64,000 nt of DNA from Nanobdellati archaeon (GCA_014384375.1 JACNFY010000034.1:1674-65673), one strand, 5' to 3'. Counted from the stretch's first letter, positions 18,850-27,975 are shown. Program-made: numbers and translations. Notes: generated by a model not told the origin, from the letters alone.

Positions 18850-19913
18850 AACAAAAAACAAAAAGAATTGCAGATTACATAAAGAATCAAATAACATATT
18901 ACACTACAACAAGTATGAACCAGCCACATCTTATAGAGCTAATACTCACATTTAGATGTAATCAAAAATGTCCGCATTGTGATTCCCAAAAAATAAAAGG
19001 AACAAAAGAGTTAACAATAAATCAATGGAAAGATATAGTGAAGAAGATAAATAGATGGCTTGGACCAAAGCCAATATGCTTAGCTGGCGGAGAACCTCTT
19101 TTAAAGAAAGGTGTTTACGATTTGGTAAGTTCTATATCAAAAAATAATAAGGTATATATTATGACAAATGGCCAACATGATGAGAAAACAGCAAAGAGAT
19201 TGGTTGAGTCAAATATTTCGCAAATACTAATATCCTTTTATAGTTTAAATCCGAGAATTCATGATTCTATTAGAGGAACAAAGGAAGCTCATAAAAGAGC
19301 AAAGAATTTTATAGAGGAATTGCTTAAAGAGAAGAAAAAACAAAAAAAAGATATCAGGATAGACCTATCATTTCTGTTAACCTCTAAAAATTTCAGAGAG
19401 GCTCCTGCTTTTATAAAACATTTTTCAAAAAAGGAAATATACACTTCTTTAACCCCTTTGAGAAGGAACCCGTTAGATATTTTTAGTGAAGATTTCAAGT
19501 TTTATAATAAATACTGGTATAAAAAAAGTTCTTTATGGATAAATGATAAAGAAGAATTTGTTAAAATTATAAAAAAAATAATTTGTATGAAAAAGAAAGG
19601 TTATTTAATAAATAACTACATTAATACTTTAAAAAAGTTTGTTGATTACTTTGAAAATCCTTCACAATTAAATAAATTCAATTGCTATATGCCATTATTA
19701 AATTTTGTTATTGGACCAATGGGTGATGTTCGTCTTTGTTATTATTCTAGGAATATTGGAAATGTTATAAAAAAGGATCCTAAAGGTATATGGTATTCGG
19801 AAGAACGAATGAACGAGATAAAAAGATTGAAAAAATGCACGAATTATTGCAGAATACATAACAACTATAATTTCATAAACTTAGATGAGAAGATAAGATT
19901 TCTTTTTGAGTAA
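18846..19913 (+). CDS. radical SAM/SPASM-domain enzyme (rSAM-3)
   Basis: TFRCNQKCPHC, LAGGEPLLKK, and C-terminal CYMP...LCYYSRN...CTNYCRIH. Confidence 0.7.
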   Translation: MKQKTKRIADYIKNQITYYTTTSMNQPHLIELILTFRCNQKCPHCDSQKIKGTKELTINQWKDIVKKINRWLGPKPICLAGGEPLLKKGVYDLVSSISKNNKVYIMTNGQHDEKTAKRLVESNISQILISFYSLNPRIHDSIRGTKEAHKRAKNFIEELLKEKKKQKKDIRIDLSFLLTSKNFREAPAFIKHFSKKEIYTSLTPLRRNPLDIFSEDFKFYNKYWYKKSSLWINDKEEFVKIIKKIICMKKKGYLINNYINTLKKFVDYFENPSQLNKFNCYMPLLNFVIGPMGDVRLCYYSRNIGNVIKKDPKGIWYSEERMNEIKRLKKCTNYCRIHNNYNFINLDEKIRFLFE

Positions 19914-20022
19914 ATATAAAAACATAAATTTTTGTTTTGATTCTCTGGCTTTATTAATTTTTTTACCTAGTTTTCTAAACTTCCATAAAATTATTAAATA
20001 AATTCAATATAGTTGTTTTTAC

Positions 20023-23000
20023 ATGAAGAAACTTCTTAAAATCCCTTATGTAAATTCTGATGATATACTTAATATAATCGATGATACTTTGAATAAGAAA
20101 AAACAAGCTTTAGTTTTTGTTAATTCAAAAAGGGGTGCTGAGTCTCAGGCTGAAAGAATCGCTATGAAAACAAAAGTTAATGATTCAAAGCTCACGAAGC
20201 TTTCAGAAGACATTTTGAAAGTGTTGTCTTCTCCAACCAAGCAGTGTCGTAGGTTATCTATCTGTGTGAAGAAAGGCTCTGCTTTTCACCATGCAGGTCT
20301 AACTTCAAAGCAGCGAGAATTGATTGAAGATAATTTTCGAACTGGTCTAATAAAAGTAATTTGTGCGACTCCAACTTTATGTCTTTCTGGTGATTCTATG
20401 ATTTGGAACGAGGTGTCTGAAACTAAAGTTTCTAAATTTAAAACTTCTAATTCTCTTTTTGTGCTTTCAAAGAATAAGTTAATCAACATGAAATCTCAAA
20501 AAATAGAAAAAATAAAGAATTCTTCAAAACTTATTCAGATTTCTTCTGTGTCTGGGTATTCAATTAAAGTTACTCCAAATCACAAAATGTTTGTCAGGAG
20601 AGGTAGTAAAAAAGTACTTTTGGAGGTAAAGAACCTTAAAAAGACCGATAAAGTTGCAACTATCAGAAGGCTAAATATTTCTAGAACAAGAAATCCTTCA
20701 ATAAATTTTTTTGTTAAAGACAATGATTTGCCAATAACAAACTATAAATTTAATCCTGATTTATCTTATCTAATTGGTGTTATGTTGGGCGATGGTTATT
20801 CTGGAGCTGAAACAAATAAAACTAAAATTATTTACAAAGGTTCTCCTTCTATAGTAGGAATTGACGAAGAAATATTTTCTGAAATACTAACTGTTTGTAA
20901 CATATTAGAAATAAGTCAAAGAAAAACTAAGAATTCCCACGGAACCCCACAATTAGTTCTTGGAAAGAATAATTGGTTTAGAGAGTTTCTTGCTCGTTGC
21001 GGTGTTGAAAAAAGAGATAAAAAACATATTTCTAGTAAGCTAATGAATATGAATCTTGAGAATGCTGCTTCGTTATTAAGAGGTTTATTTGATACGGATG
21101 GCTATGTTGATAAAAGATTTGGACCTGGATTTGGAAATATTTCATATATTCTAATTAAGCAAATTCAAAAACTCCTCTTAAGATTTGGAATTGTTTCAAC
21201 AATCAGAAAAAGAAAAGCAAGTTCTATGAATATTTATGGAAAAGAATACAAAACAGTTCCTTTTTTTGAATTAAATATTCATCAAAAAAGAAGCATACTT
21301 GACTTTTATAGGTTTGTAGGCTTTAATATTAAAAGAAAACAAACTATTCTCCTAAATTTAGTTTCAAAAATAGCGTCTAATGTTAACTATTTGAGTTGTA
21401 ATAATTGTGATTACAAAATTTATAAAGATTTGTTTTCAGGTCGAACAAAAAAACAAAAAGATTGGGGTAAAATAAAACTTGAAGTCATTAAATTACTTGG
21501 TAAAAAAGGAGAATTAGGGTCTAGAGATTTGAAGAGGTTGTTGAAATATGAGCCAAAAAAGAAAGACTTGCGTTTAAATCATCATTATGAGTTTATTGAA
21601 AAAAGAAAAATTGGATCTTTAAGTAAAAATGAATGGTTTTGGAGTTTGAATAAAATTGGGATTTGGATGTTCAATAATATTATTAATAAGAATAAAAAAT
21701 TTATAGAATTTTTCAAGTTACAAGAGTGTCCTTTATGTAATTCTGAATTAAATTGGATTATTAGGAAAGGCTGGAGAGATTCTGATTTTGATGGAGATAT
21801 TTTTTGGGATAGAATTCGAGAAATAAAAGAAGTTGAGAGTGAACAAAATGTTTATGATGTTATTCTACCTAAAAAACCCAAGAATAATCATTTATTTGTA
21901 GCAGACGGATTCATAGTTCATAATTCTATGGGCGTTGATTTACCTGCATTCAGAGTTATAATTCGTGACTTGAAAAGATATGGCGGTCCTTGGGGTATGT
22001 ATGATATTCCTGTCCTTGAGTATGAGCAGCAATCAGGCAGAGCCGGTCGCCCAGGGAAAGAGGATTACGGAGAAGCCATTTGCATTGCTAAGAATGATTC
22101 TCAGAAAGAGAAGATTTTTGATAAATATGTTAACGGCGAGCCAGAGGAAATTTATTCAAAGCTCGCAGTTGAGCCTGTTCTAAGGACTTATGTTCTCAGC
22201 CTTATTGCAACAGAGTTTGTTAATGACAAAAAAGCCCTATTTGATTTCTTTGATAAAACATTCTACGCACACCAATACGAGGACTTGGAAAAGCTTCATA
22301 AAATATTGGAGAAGATTATCGACTTGCTTGCAGAGTGGAAGTTCATAAAGATTCCTGAGAAAGAGGATTTTGTTTCTGGTGATGAGTTTGGAAAAGAGAA
22401 GTATGAAGCTACATTGCTTGGGAAAAGGGTTTCTGAGCTTTACCTGGATCCTTACACGGCATATTTCATAATTACTTGTTTGCGAAAAGCCACTTCTAAA
22501 ACCATAAAAGCATTTTCATACCTACATACAGTTTCTAACTGCTTGGAGATAAGGCCTTTATTGAGAGTTAAAATGTCTGAGTATGAGGATATTCAAGGAA
22601 ATATGCTTCAGTATGAGAGCTTTTTGTTGGATGAACAACCTTCTAGCTATGATGAGTCTTACGATGAATTCTTGAACTCTATAAAGACTGGTTTGTTCTT
22701 TCAAGATTGGATTGATGAAAAGGATGAAGAGTATTTGTTAGAGACTTATAGTATTAGACCTGGGGAGATTCATGCAAAATTAGAGATTGCAGATTGGTTG
22801 TGTTATGCAACTATAGAGCTGGCTAGGATGCTAAGATTCCAGCCATTAATGAAAGACATTACAAAAGTAAGAGTCAGGCTGAAGTATGGTGCTAAGGAGG
22901 AGTTGTTGCCGTTGTTGAAGTTGAAGAATATTGGACGAGTTAGAGCCAGGAAAATGTATAATAACAAGTTGAAATCTTTGACAGATGTAAAGAACGTTGA

Positions 23001-23151
23001 TATAACGACTCTTGCTTTCTTGATAGGCAGGGCCACTGCTGTATCCGTTAAGAAACAGTTAGGCCAAGAGTATGATCCAAAGAAAATTGTCGTTAGAGAA
23101 AATAAGAGGAAAGGACAGATATCGTTGAAGGATTATGGTAAGAAAAAGTAA
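20023..23151 (+). CDS. Hel308/Hjm (Ski2-like) helicase, C-terminal half only (RecA2 + WH + ratchet + HhH domain 5), containing an intein
   Basis: VFVNSKRGAE (motif IV), then ATPTL|intein|SMGVDLPAFRVII (motif V), QQSGRAGRPG (motif VI), and the C-terminal HhH LLKLKNIGRVRARKMYNN. No Walker A or DEVH domain lies upstream, since the ORF at 18846..19913 is an rSAM. Confidence 0.7.
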   Translation: MKKLLKIPYVNSDDILNIIDDTLNKKKQALVFVNSKRGAESQAERIAMKTKVNDSKLTKLSEDILKVLSSPTKQCRRLSICVKKGSAFHHAGLTSKQRELIEDNFRTGLIKVICATPTLCLSGDSMIWNEVSETKVSKFKTSNSLFVLSKNKLINMKSQKIEKIKNSSKLIQISSVSGYSIKVTPNHKMFVRRGSKKVLLEVKNLKKTDKVATIRRLNISRTRNPSINFFVKDNDLPITNYKFNPDLSYLIGVMLGDGYSGAETNKTKIIYKGSPSIVGIDEEIFSEILTVCNILEISQRKTKNSHGTPQLVLGKNNWFREFLARCGVEKRDKKHISSKLMNMNLENAASLLRGLFDTDGYVDKRFGPGFGNISYILIKQIQKLLLRFGIVSTIRKRKASSMNIYGKEYKTVPFFELNIHQKRSILDFYRFVGFNIKRKQTILLNLVSKIASNVNYLSCNNCDYKIYKDLFSGRTKKQKDWGKIKLEVIKLLGKKGELGSRDLKRLLKYEPKKKDLRLNHHYEFIEKRKIGSLSKNEWFWSLNKIGIWMFNNIINKNKKFIEFFKLQECPLCNSELNWIIRKGWRDSDFDGDIFWDRIREIKEVESEQNVYDVILPKKPKNNHLFVADGFIVHNSMGVDLPAFRVIIRDLKRYGGPWGMYDIPVLEYEQQSGRAGRPGKEDYGEAICIAKNDSQKEKIFDKYVNGEPEEIYSKLAVEPVLRTYVLSLIATEFVNDKKALFDFFDKTFYAHQYEDLEKLHKILEKIIDLLAEWKFIKIPEKEDFVSGDEFGKEKYEATLLGKRVSELYLDPYTAYFIITCLRKATSKTIKAFSYLHTVSNCLEIRPLLRVKMSEYEDIQGNMLQYESFLLDEQPSSYDESYDEFLNSIKTGLFFQDWIDEKDEEYLLETYSIRPGEIHAKLEIADWLCYATIELARMLRFQPLMKDITKVRVRLKYGAKEELLPLLKLKNIGRVRARKMYNNKLKSLTDVKNVDITTLAFLIGRATAVSVKKQLGQEYDPKKIVVRENKRKGQISLKDYGKKK
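20380..21924 (+). mobile_element. LAGLIDADG homing-endonuclease intein (515 aa) in helicase motif V
   Basis: Starts with Cys (CLSGDSMIW) immediately after ATPTL and ends ...FIVHN followed by Ser +1. Internal LAGLIDADG blocks are LIGVMLGDGY and LLRGLFDTDGYV. Confidence 0.7.
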
Positions 23152-23772
23152 TTAATCTGCTCTAAAGCACACTGTAACCCTGTACAAGTGTTTGCTCTTC
23201 TGTCTGTCTCGACCGAACAAACGCCTTGATGTCTTTAGTTCTCCTTTGAAACTCTTTGAAAGTTTCTTACCTATTGTTAGAGCTGCTTTATTTGATGACA
23301 AATAGATGTCCCAGCCATCTTTCTGCTCTTCTACTTTTGATATGAAAACATCGTTATTCTTCTCAATTTGCTTTGCGGTAAAATCCAGTATTTCTTTGTT
23401 TTTTGGTCTTAGTTGCAATGTTGATTCAAAGTATTCTGTTCCTTTCTTTGAGCAGACAGGACATCTCTCAACCTGGAGCTTTGCAGGTATTAGGAATTCA
23501 TCTCCTTTATAGATTACTTTAACTTCAAAATCTTTCTTTGCTATGTCTTCATCGATCAATGGACTAACACTTACTTTCTCCTTTATAGCGTCGCTAGCAA
23601 TCTTCTTAGAAACTGTTTTCAGGCTTTGGAATGGCAACCATCTATTTCTGTAAAAGTATTTCTTGCACTCACACACCCTGACAACTATGTCTTTGTAGTT
23701 GAAAGAAACTTCTTTATGTTCCTCGCAGAACGTTTCTTTTGTACTCTTTCCACATACAGGGCAAAAGTTCAT
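23152..23772 (-). CDS. NMD3-family protein (short form)
   Basis: N-terminal NFCPVCGK...FCEEH...VVRVCECKKYFYRNRW resembles the NMD3 zinc-binding N-domain. At 206 aa it is shorter than typical archaeal NMD3. Confidence 0.4.
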   Translation of the reverse strand: MNFCPVCGKSTKETFCEEHKEVSFNYKDIVVRVCECKKYFYRNRWLPFQSLKTVSKKIASDAIKEKVSVSPLIDEDIAKKDFEVKVIYKGDEFLIPAKLQVERCPVCSKKGTEYFESTLQLRPKNKEILDFTAKQIEKNNDVFISKVEEQKDGWDIYLSSNKAALTIGKKLSKSFKGELKTSRRLFGRDRQKSKHLYRVTVCFRAD

Positions 23773-23846
23773 AAAAAAGATATAAAGTAATTTAATTTAA
23801 AAATGTTTTAGATACTTTTATTAAAATTTAAATTTTAACTTGAGTT

Positions 23847-24821
23847 ATGTTTATCAAAAATGTATTGGTTGCTATAGTTATTCTTATTTTACTATTTCTT
23901 GCAACAGAGTTTTTTTTAATATTATATGTTAATAATACTGGGTTAACAAGATTTTCGAATAATACACTATTACTTGATGAGTTTATACCTGGTAAAGAGC
24001 AATCGCTATTTGGTGCTAATGTAAAGATTAACTCTAAAGGTTTGAGAGATTATGAATACAGTTATGAAAAACCTGACAATATCTTTAGAATTGTAGCAAT
24101 CGGAGATTCATTTACATTTGGTCATGGAATAGAATTAAATGAAACTTATATTAAACAACTTGAGAAAAAACTAAATCAAAATAGTTCTTTGCGTTATGAA
24201 GTAATTAATTTTGGTTTTCCAGCTTATAATGTTCTACAAAATTACGAAATGATGAAATCACGAGCATTAAGATTTAATCCTGATTTAATCATGTTAGGGT
24301 ATTTCCTTAATGACCCTGAGTTCATTCCAGGAATGAATCCTCTTATTCAGTATTGTAAAGAGAATAAGTCTGTAATTGATGAATTAAATATAAACATTTT
24401 TGAAAAATCAAAGATTGTAAGATTTCTTATTAGGTATTACACTACTTTTGTTTATGAAAAAAAGATAGCTGAATTTGGAATTGGTTACTTTGATTATATT
24501 AATTCTGAAAAATATTTAGGTTGGAATTGTACAAAAAAAATATTTAATCAAATAAATTTGTTATCAAAAAGAAATAATATTCCAGTTTTGTTAATTATCA
24601 TACCTCATTATGATGTACAGATGTCAACTTATGAAAGAATTGTTAATCTAAGTAAAAAGAATGGTTTTTATGTTTTAAATTTTCATACTTACTTTTTGAA
24701 TATAAGTGATGAAGAAGTTTATACAAAGAATGATAAGCCTCATTTTAATCGAGAGGGTAATAAAATAATTAGTGATAGTATTTATGATTTCTTAAAAAAA
24801 GAAAGAAAAAAATTAATTTAA
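23847..24821 (+). CDS. SGNH/GDSL-family hydrolase, membrane-anchored
   Basis: N-terminal TM helix and an RIVAIGDSFTFGHG block, matching the GDS(x) motif of SGNH esterases/acyltransferases. Confidence 0.5.
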   Translation: MFIKNVLVAIVILILLFLATEFFLILYVNNTGLTRFSNNTLLLDEFIPGKEQSLFGANVKINSKGLRDYEYSYEKPDNIFRIVAIGDSFTFGHGIELNETYIKQLEKKLNQNSSLRYEVINFGFPAYNVLQNYEMMKSRALRFNPDLIMLGYFLNDPEFIPGMNPLIQYCKENKSVIDELNINIFEKSKIVRFLIRYYTTFVYEKKIAEFGIGYFDYINSEKYLGWNCTKKIFNQINLLSKRNNIPVLLIIIPHYDVQMSTYERIVNLSKKNGFYVLNFHTYFLNISDEEVYTKNDKPHFNREGNKIISDSIYDFLKKERKKLI

Positions 24822-24829
24822 AAAATTAT

Positions 24830-27058
24830 TTATTCGTCACCTCCGTTTTCGTCTTCTTCTTGAGGTCCAGAGTCTTCTTCGTCGTCTAACTCTTCTTCGT
24901 CCTCTTCTTCGAGGTCTTCACACTCGCCTGCATCACAGAATTCATCTGCCTCACAGTCAGCATCTTCGACACACTCTAGCTCTTCTTCCTCTTCGACATC
25001 CTCTCCTTCCTTGGCGTCGTCAGCTAGGTCTTTTGCTTGTTCAGCTAGTTCTTCAGCTTCAGCATAGTTGCCAGCTTCGAAAGCTTCGATTGCTTGATTA
25101 AGAAGCTCTTTTGCATCTTCGAGGAAAGCTAAGGATTCTGATACATCTTTGCCGTCTGCTTCTCTCTCGGCTATCTCTTCCTCTGCCTCATCGATTTTTT
25201 CCTCGGCATCAAGGATTTTGTCCTCTGCTTCATCCTTGGCATCTTCATCTTCTTCCTCGATTTCTATTTCTAGTTCGTGTTCGATTTCAATCTCTGATTC
25301 TAAGTCATCACCTTCAGCAGATTCGACCAAGGCAATAACCTGCTCTTTTAAGTTATCCCATAATGTTTGTTGCTCACTTGTTAACTCGCCTTCTACTTCG
25401 TCTTTTTCAACAATTGTCTCGTTGTCTTCCTTTTTCACTTTTAGTTTTAGCTCGAATTTACCTTCCACGCCTTCAAAACTTGCAACAAGCTCATCAAGTA
25501 CTGCTTGAGTTTCAGCAGAGAGTTCAACGTCCCCTGTGACCTCAAACTTGCTTTCTTCCTCAACTTCAACGATTTCGTACTCAACTTCTTCTTCATCTAC
25601 TTCTTCTTCCTCATCGATGTCGAAATGCACGCCAGCACCTCTCAAGTCTTTCACAATGTCTTTGAGTATGTTGTGCGCTTCTTTCAAAGCGTTATGTGCT
25701 TCTTTGGTAAAGGTTTTGGCTTGTTTTATAAGTTCGCCCTGTCCTTTGCCCACTGAAGCTTTGGCTTGTCTGAATAGTTCTTCACCAGTCTTGAACTTCT
25801 GCCTGGCTTCATCTATCCTCATGCTGAAGAGGTCGACTTTTATGTCAATGTTCTCGACTTCTATACCTTCCTCTTCCATGATTGCCAAAGCATTGTCAAG
25901 CCTTGCTTCTAAGTGTTCGCTTCTTTTAAGGATTTCACTGACTTTCGACCTGACGATTTTTTCTGCATGGAGCTTGATTTTATGTTTCACTTTCTTCCAT
26001 GCTTTCATGATTACTTTGCCAGCTTCTTTGACTTCATCCTTTGTAATTGCTGCTTCAACTTCTGCTTTTGCTTCTTCTAAGATAGCTATTTTTTCGTCTA
26101 TGTCAGCAATGATTTCATGTAATTCATCTTCGCTCAAGTCATCGTTTGACTCTACTTTTAGTTTCACTCTTTCTAATGAAGAGATGGTCATGTCTGCTGC
26201 GTGAATCAAGAATGTTTTTGCATGCTCGATAGCTACCTCTTCATCGCCAGCTGCTACAGCTTCTTCCCAAGCTTCTCTTTCACTTCGGAACTTAATCTTT
26301 ACTTCGTTGTAGAGCTTGACTTTCTCTTTGAAGTTCTTGTTAACTTCTTTGATTTTTTTCTCAGCAACAACTCTTTTCTTGAATTTCTTTTCTTTGTCAA
26401 CAATTTTTAACTTGAACTTTCCAAGCTCTTTCTTAATTTGCTCTTCATCCATCTCAGAAATCTTTTTTAATCTAGTTCTGTCTAGATGTGCAAGCTTCTT
26501 AAGTTGTTCTTCATCAAGTTTGGCTATTTTTTCAAGTCTTTCATCCTTGATTTTTGCAATCTTTCTAAGTTTATCATCATCAAGCTTTGCAAGTTTTTCA
26601 AGGTGTTTCTTGTCAAGTTTGGCAAGCTTTTCAAGTCTTTCATCTTTTAGTTTTACTAGTTTCTCAAGATGTTTCTTATCAAGCTTTGCTAGTTTTCCAA
26701 GTCTTTCATCGCTCAATTTACCGAGCTTTGCTCTTCTTTCATCGTCTAAGTTTAAGAGCATTTTTTGTTTGTCTTCAGGCACATTCTCAAGTTTCCTTAG
26801 TCTTTCAGCGTCTACTGCTCTTACTCGCATTATATCATCTTTGTCTAGTCTAACTTCCTCTCTGCATTCCTCTCTTGCCCTTTCAGGACCGATGTTTGGG
26901 AACCTGTCTTTGACTAGTCTTATGCAGTCATCAATGTTGTCCTGTGCTTTCATCCTCTTCCTAAAGTCAGAGTCGATTCTTTCCTGTCCAAGAGCTGGTA
27001 CTATGCTCAACAGAAAGATGGCCAGTATTATTATTGCTATTTTTCTCATCTTCATCAC
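24830..27058 (-). CDS. secreted coiled-coil repeat protein with acidic Cys-containing C-terminus
   Basis: Signal peptide MMKMRKIAIIILAIFLLSIVPALG, then ~600 aa of K/E/D-rich heptads containing 15-aa tandem repeats (KLAKLDKKHLEKL...). The C-terminal tail is ...ECVEDADCEADEFCDAGECEDLEEEDEEE. Confidence 0.6.
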   Translation of the reverse strand: MMKMRKIAIIILAIFLLSIVPALGQERIDSDFRKRMKAQDNIDDCIRLVKDRFPNIGPERAREECREEVRLDKDDIMRVRAVDAERLRKLENVPEDKQKMLLNLDDERRAKLGKLSDERLGKLAKLDKKHLEKLVKLKDERLEKLAKLDKKHLEKLAKLDDDKLRKIAKIKDERLEKIAKLDEEQLKKLAHLDRTRLKKISEMDEEQIKKELGKFKLKIVDKEKKFKKRVVAEKKIKEVNKNFKEKVKLYNEVKIKFRSEREAWEEAVAAGDEEVAIEHAKTFLIHAADMTISSLERVKLKVESNDDLSEDELHEIIADIDEKIAILEEAKAEVEAAITKDEVKEAGKVIMKAWKKVKHKIKLHAEKIVRSKVSEILKRSEHLEARLDNALAIMEEEGIEVENIDIKVDLFSMRIDEARQKFKTGEELFRQAKASVGKGQGELIKQAKTFTKEAHNALKEAHNILKDIVKDLRGAGVHFDIDEEEEVDEEEVEYEIVEVEEESKFEVTGDVELSAETQAVLDELVASFEGVEGKFELKLKVKKEDNETIVEKDEVEGELTSEQQTLWDNLKEQVIALVESAEGDDLESEIEIEHELEIEIEEEDEDAKDEAEDKILDAEEKIDEAEEEIAEREADGKDVSESLAFLEDAKELLNQAIEAFEAGNYAEAEELAEQAKDLADDAKEGEDVEEEEELECVEDADCEADEFCDAGECEDLEEEDEEELDDEEDSGPQEEDENGGDE
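26390..26790. repeat. in-frame ~45-nt tandem repeats inside the coiled-coil gene
   Basis: Repeated DNA units of the form caagctttgcaag(t/c)tt(t/c)tcaag(g/t)...ttcttgtcaagtttggc are visible. They encode LDKKHLEKLAKLD/LKDERLEKLAK units. Confidence 0.5.
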
Positions 27059-27250
27059 CTACCAATCATCCAAGTTTATGTTGTCTAGTTCTGAATCCAG
27101 CTCTGGATCCACTAATTCGTTGTCCAAATCATCTACCTCTGCAACACTGGCATCCAAAGTGTCAGGTGCAGGTTCTTCTGCTTGCTTTGCACAACCAGCC
27201 ATCAGCAGTAATGCAATGACAAGCAATGCAAACAATAGTTTCACTTTCAT
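27059..27250 (-). CDS. small acidic lipoprotein-like protein
   Basis: MKVKLLFALLVIALLLMAGC has a signal-plus-lipobox-like LMAGC, followed by a highly acidic 40-aa tail. It directly abuts the start of the coiled-coil gene. Confidence 0.4.
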   Translation of the reverse strand: MKVKLLFALLVIALLLMAGCAKQAEEPAPDTLDASVAEVDDLDNELVDPELDSELDNINLDDW

Positions 27251-27360
27251 ATTAACACCTCATGATTTTGTATATAGAATTTTTGTTTTCTCTTTTTATA
27301 AATTTTTTTATTAATTTATAATCAATAACCTTAAAAAGCTTTTATTATTCCTTTCTCGCT

Positions 27361-27975
27361 ATGAAGAAGAAACCTGAAAGCATTCTTGGTAAGATTTGGT
27401 ATTTCATATGGTATGATGATTCTATGCTTAGCTGGATAGTTAATATAATCCTTGCTTTTGTTTTGATAAAATACATTATATATCCTGGTCTTGGCTTTTT
27501 TTTTGGCACACAGTTTCCTGTTGTGGCTGTTGTTAGTAATAGCATGGAGCATCATGGTTCTTTTTATGAGTGGTGGAATTCACAGGAGGACTTTTATTTA
27601 GAGCACAACATAACTGATATTGACTTCAGAGAGTTTGCTTTTACTCATGGTTTCAACAAAGGTGACATAATGGTTCTCATAGGAACTGCATCTCACAAGA
27701 TAAATGTTGGTGATGTGATTGTTTATCACGCTAAGAAGCCATATCCAATAATTCATAGGGTTATAAGTATAAGAGATACTGGTGGCGAACTATACTTTGA
27801 GACGAAAGGTGATAATAACAAATTCCAGATAAAAGGATTCGACCTTGATGAGAAGAATGTCTCTTCAGAGTCTTATATTGGGAGAGCTGTCTTTAGGATA
27901 CCATTCCTTGGTTATATCAAGATTTGGTTTGTTGAAGTGATGAGCTGGATTGGTTTAGGAGGATTATTTACTTGA
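27361..27975 (+). CDS. signal peptidase I, archaeal/Sec11 type (S26B)
   Basis: VVSNSMEHHG (like SGSMEP), GDIMVL and HRVIS boxes. Confidence 0.6.
   Translation: MKKKPESILGKIWYFIWYDDSMLSWIVNIILAFVLIKYIIYPGLGFFFGTQFPVVAVVSNSMEHHGSFYEWWNSQEDFYLEHNITDIDFREFAFTHGFNKGDIMVLIGTASHKINVGDVIVYHAKKPYPIIHRVISIRDTGGELYFETKGDNNKFQIKGFDLDEKNVSSESYIGRAVFRIPFLGYIKIWFVEVMSWIGLGGLFT

Noticed and set aside
13808-19498. Short minus-strand ORFs (13808, 14156, 15023, 16689, 19289) that could have been RiPP precursor peptides
   Set aside because: All lie antisense inside well-supported coding genes and show no leader or core organisation. No sense-strand small ORF was found in the short intergenic gaps of the cluster.
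25111-27314. Several long plus-strand ORFs (25149, 25536, 26316 and others) encoding Ser/Leu/Phe-rich low-complexity proteins
   Set aside because: They are antisense read-throughs of the K/E/D-rich coiled-coil gene on the minus strand (GAA/AAG-rich sense gives TTC/CTT-rich antisense). They have no start context and no motifs.
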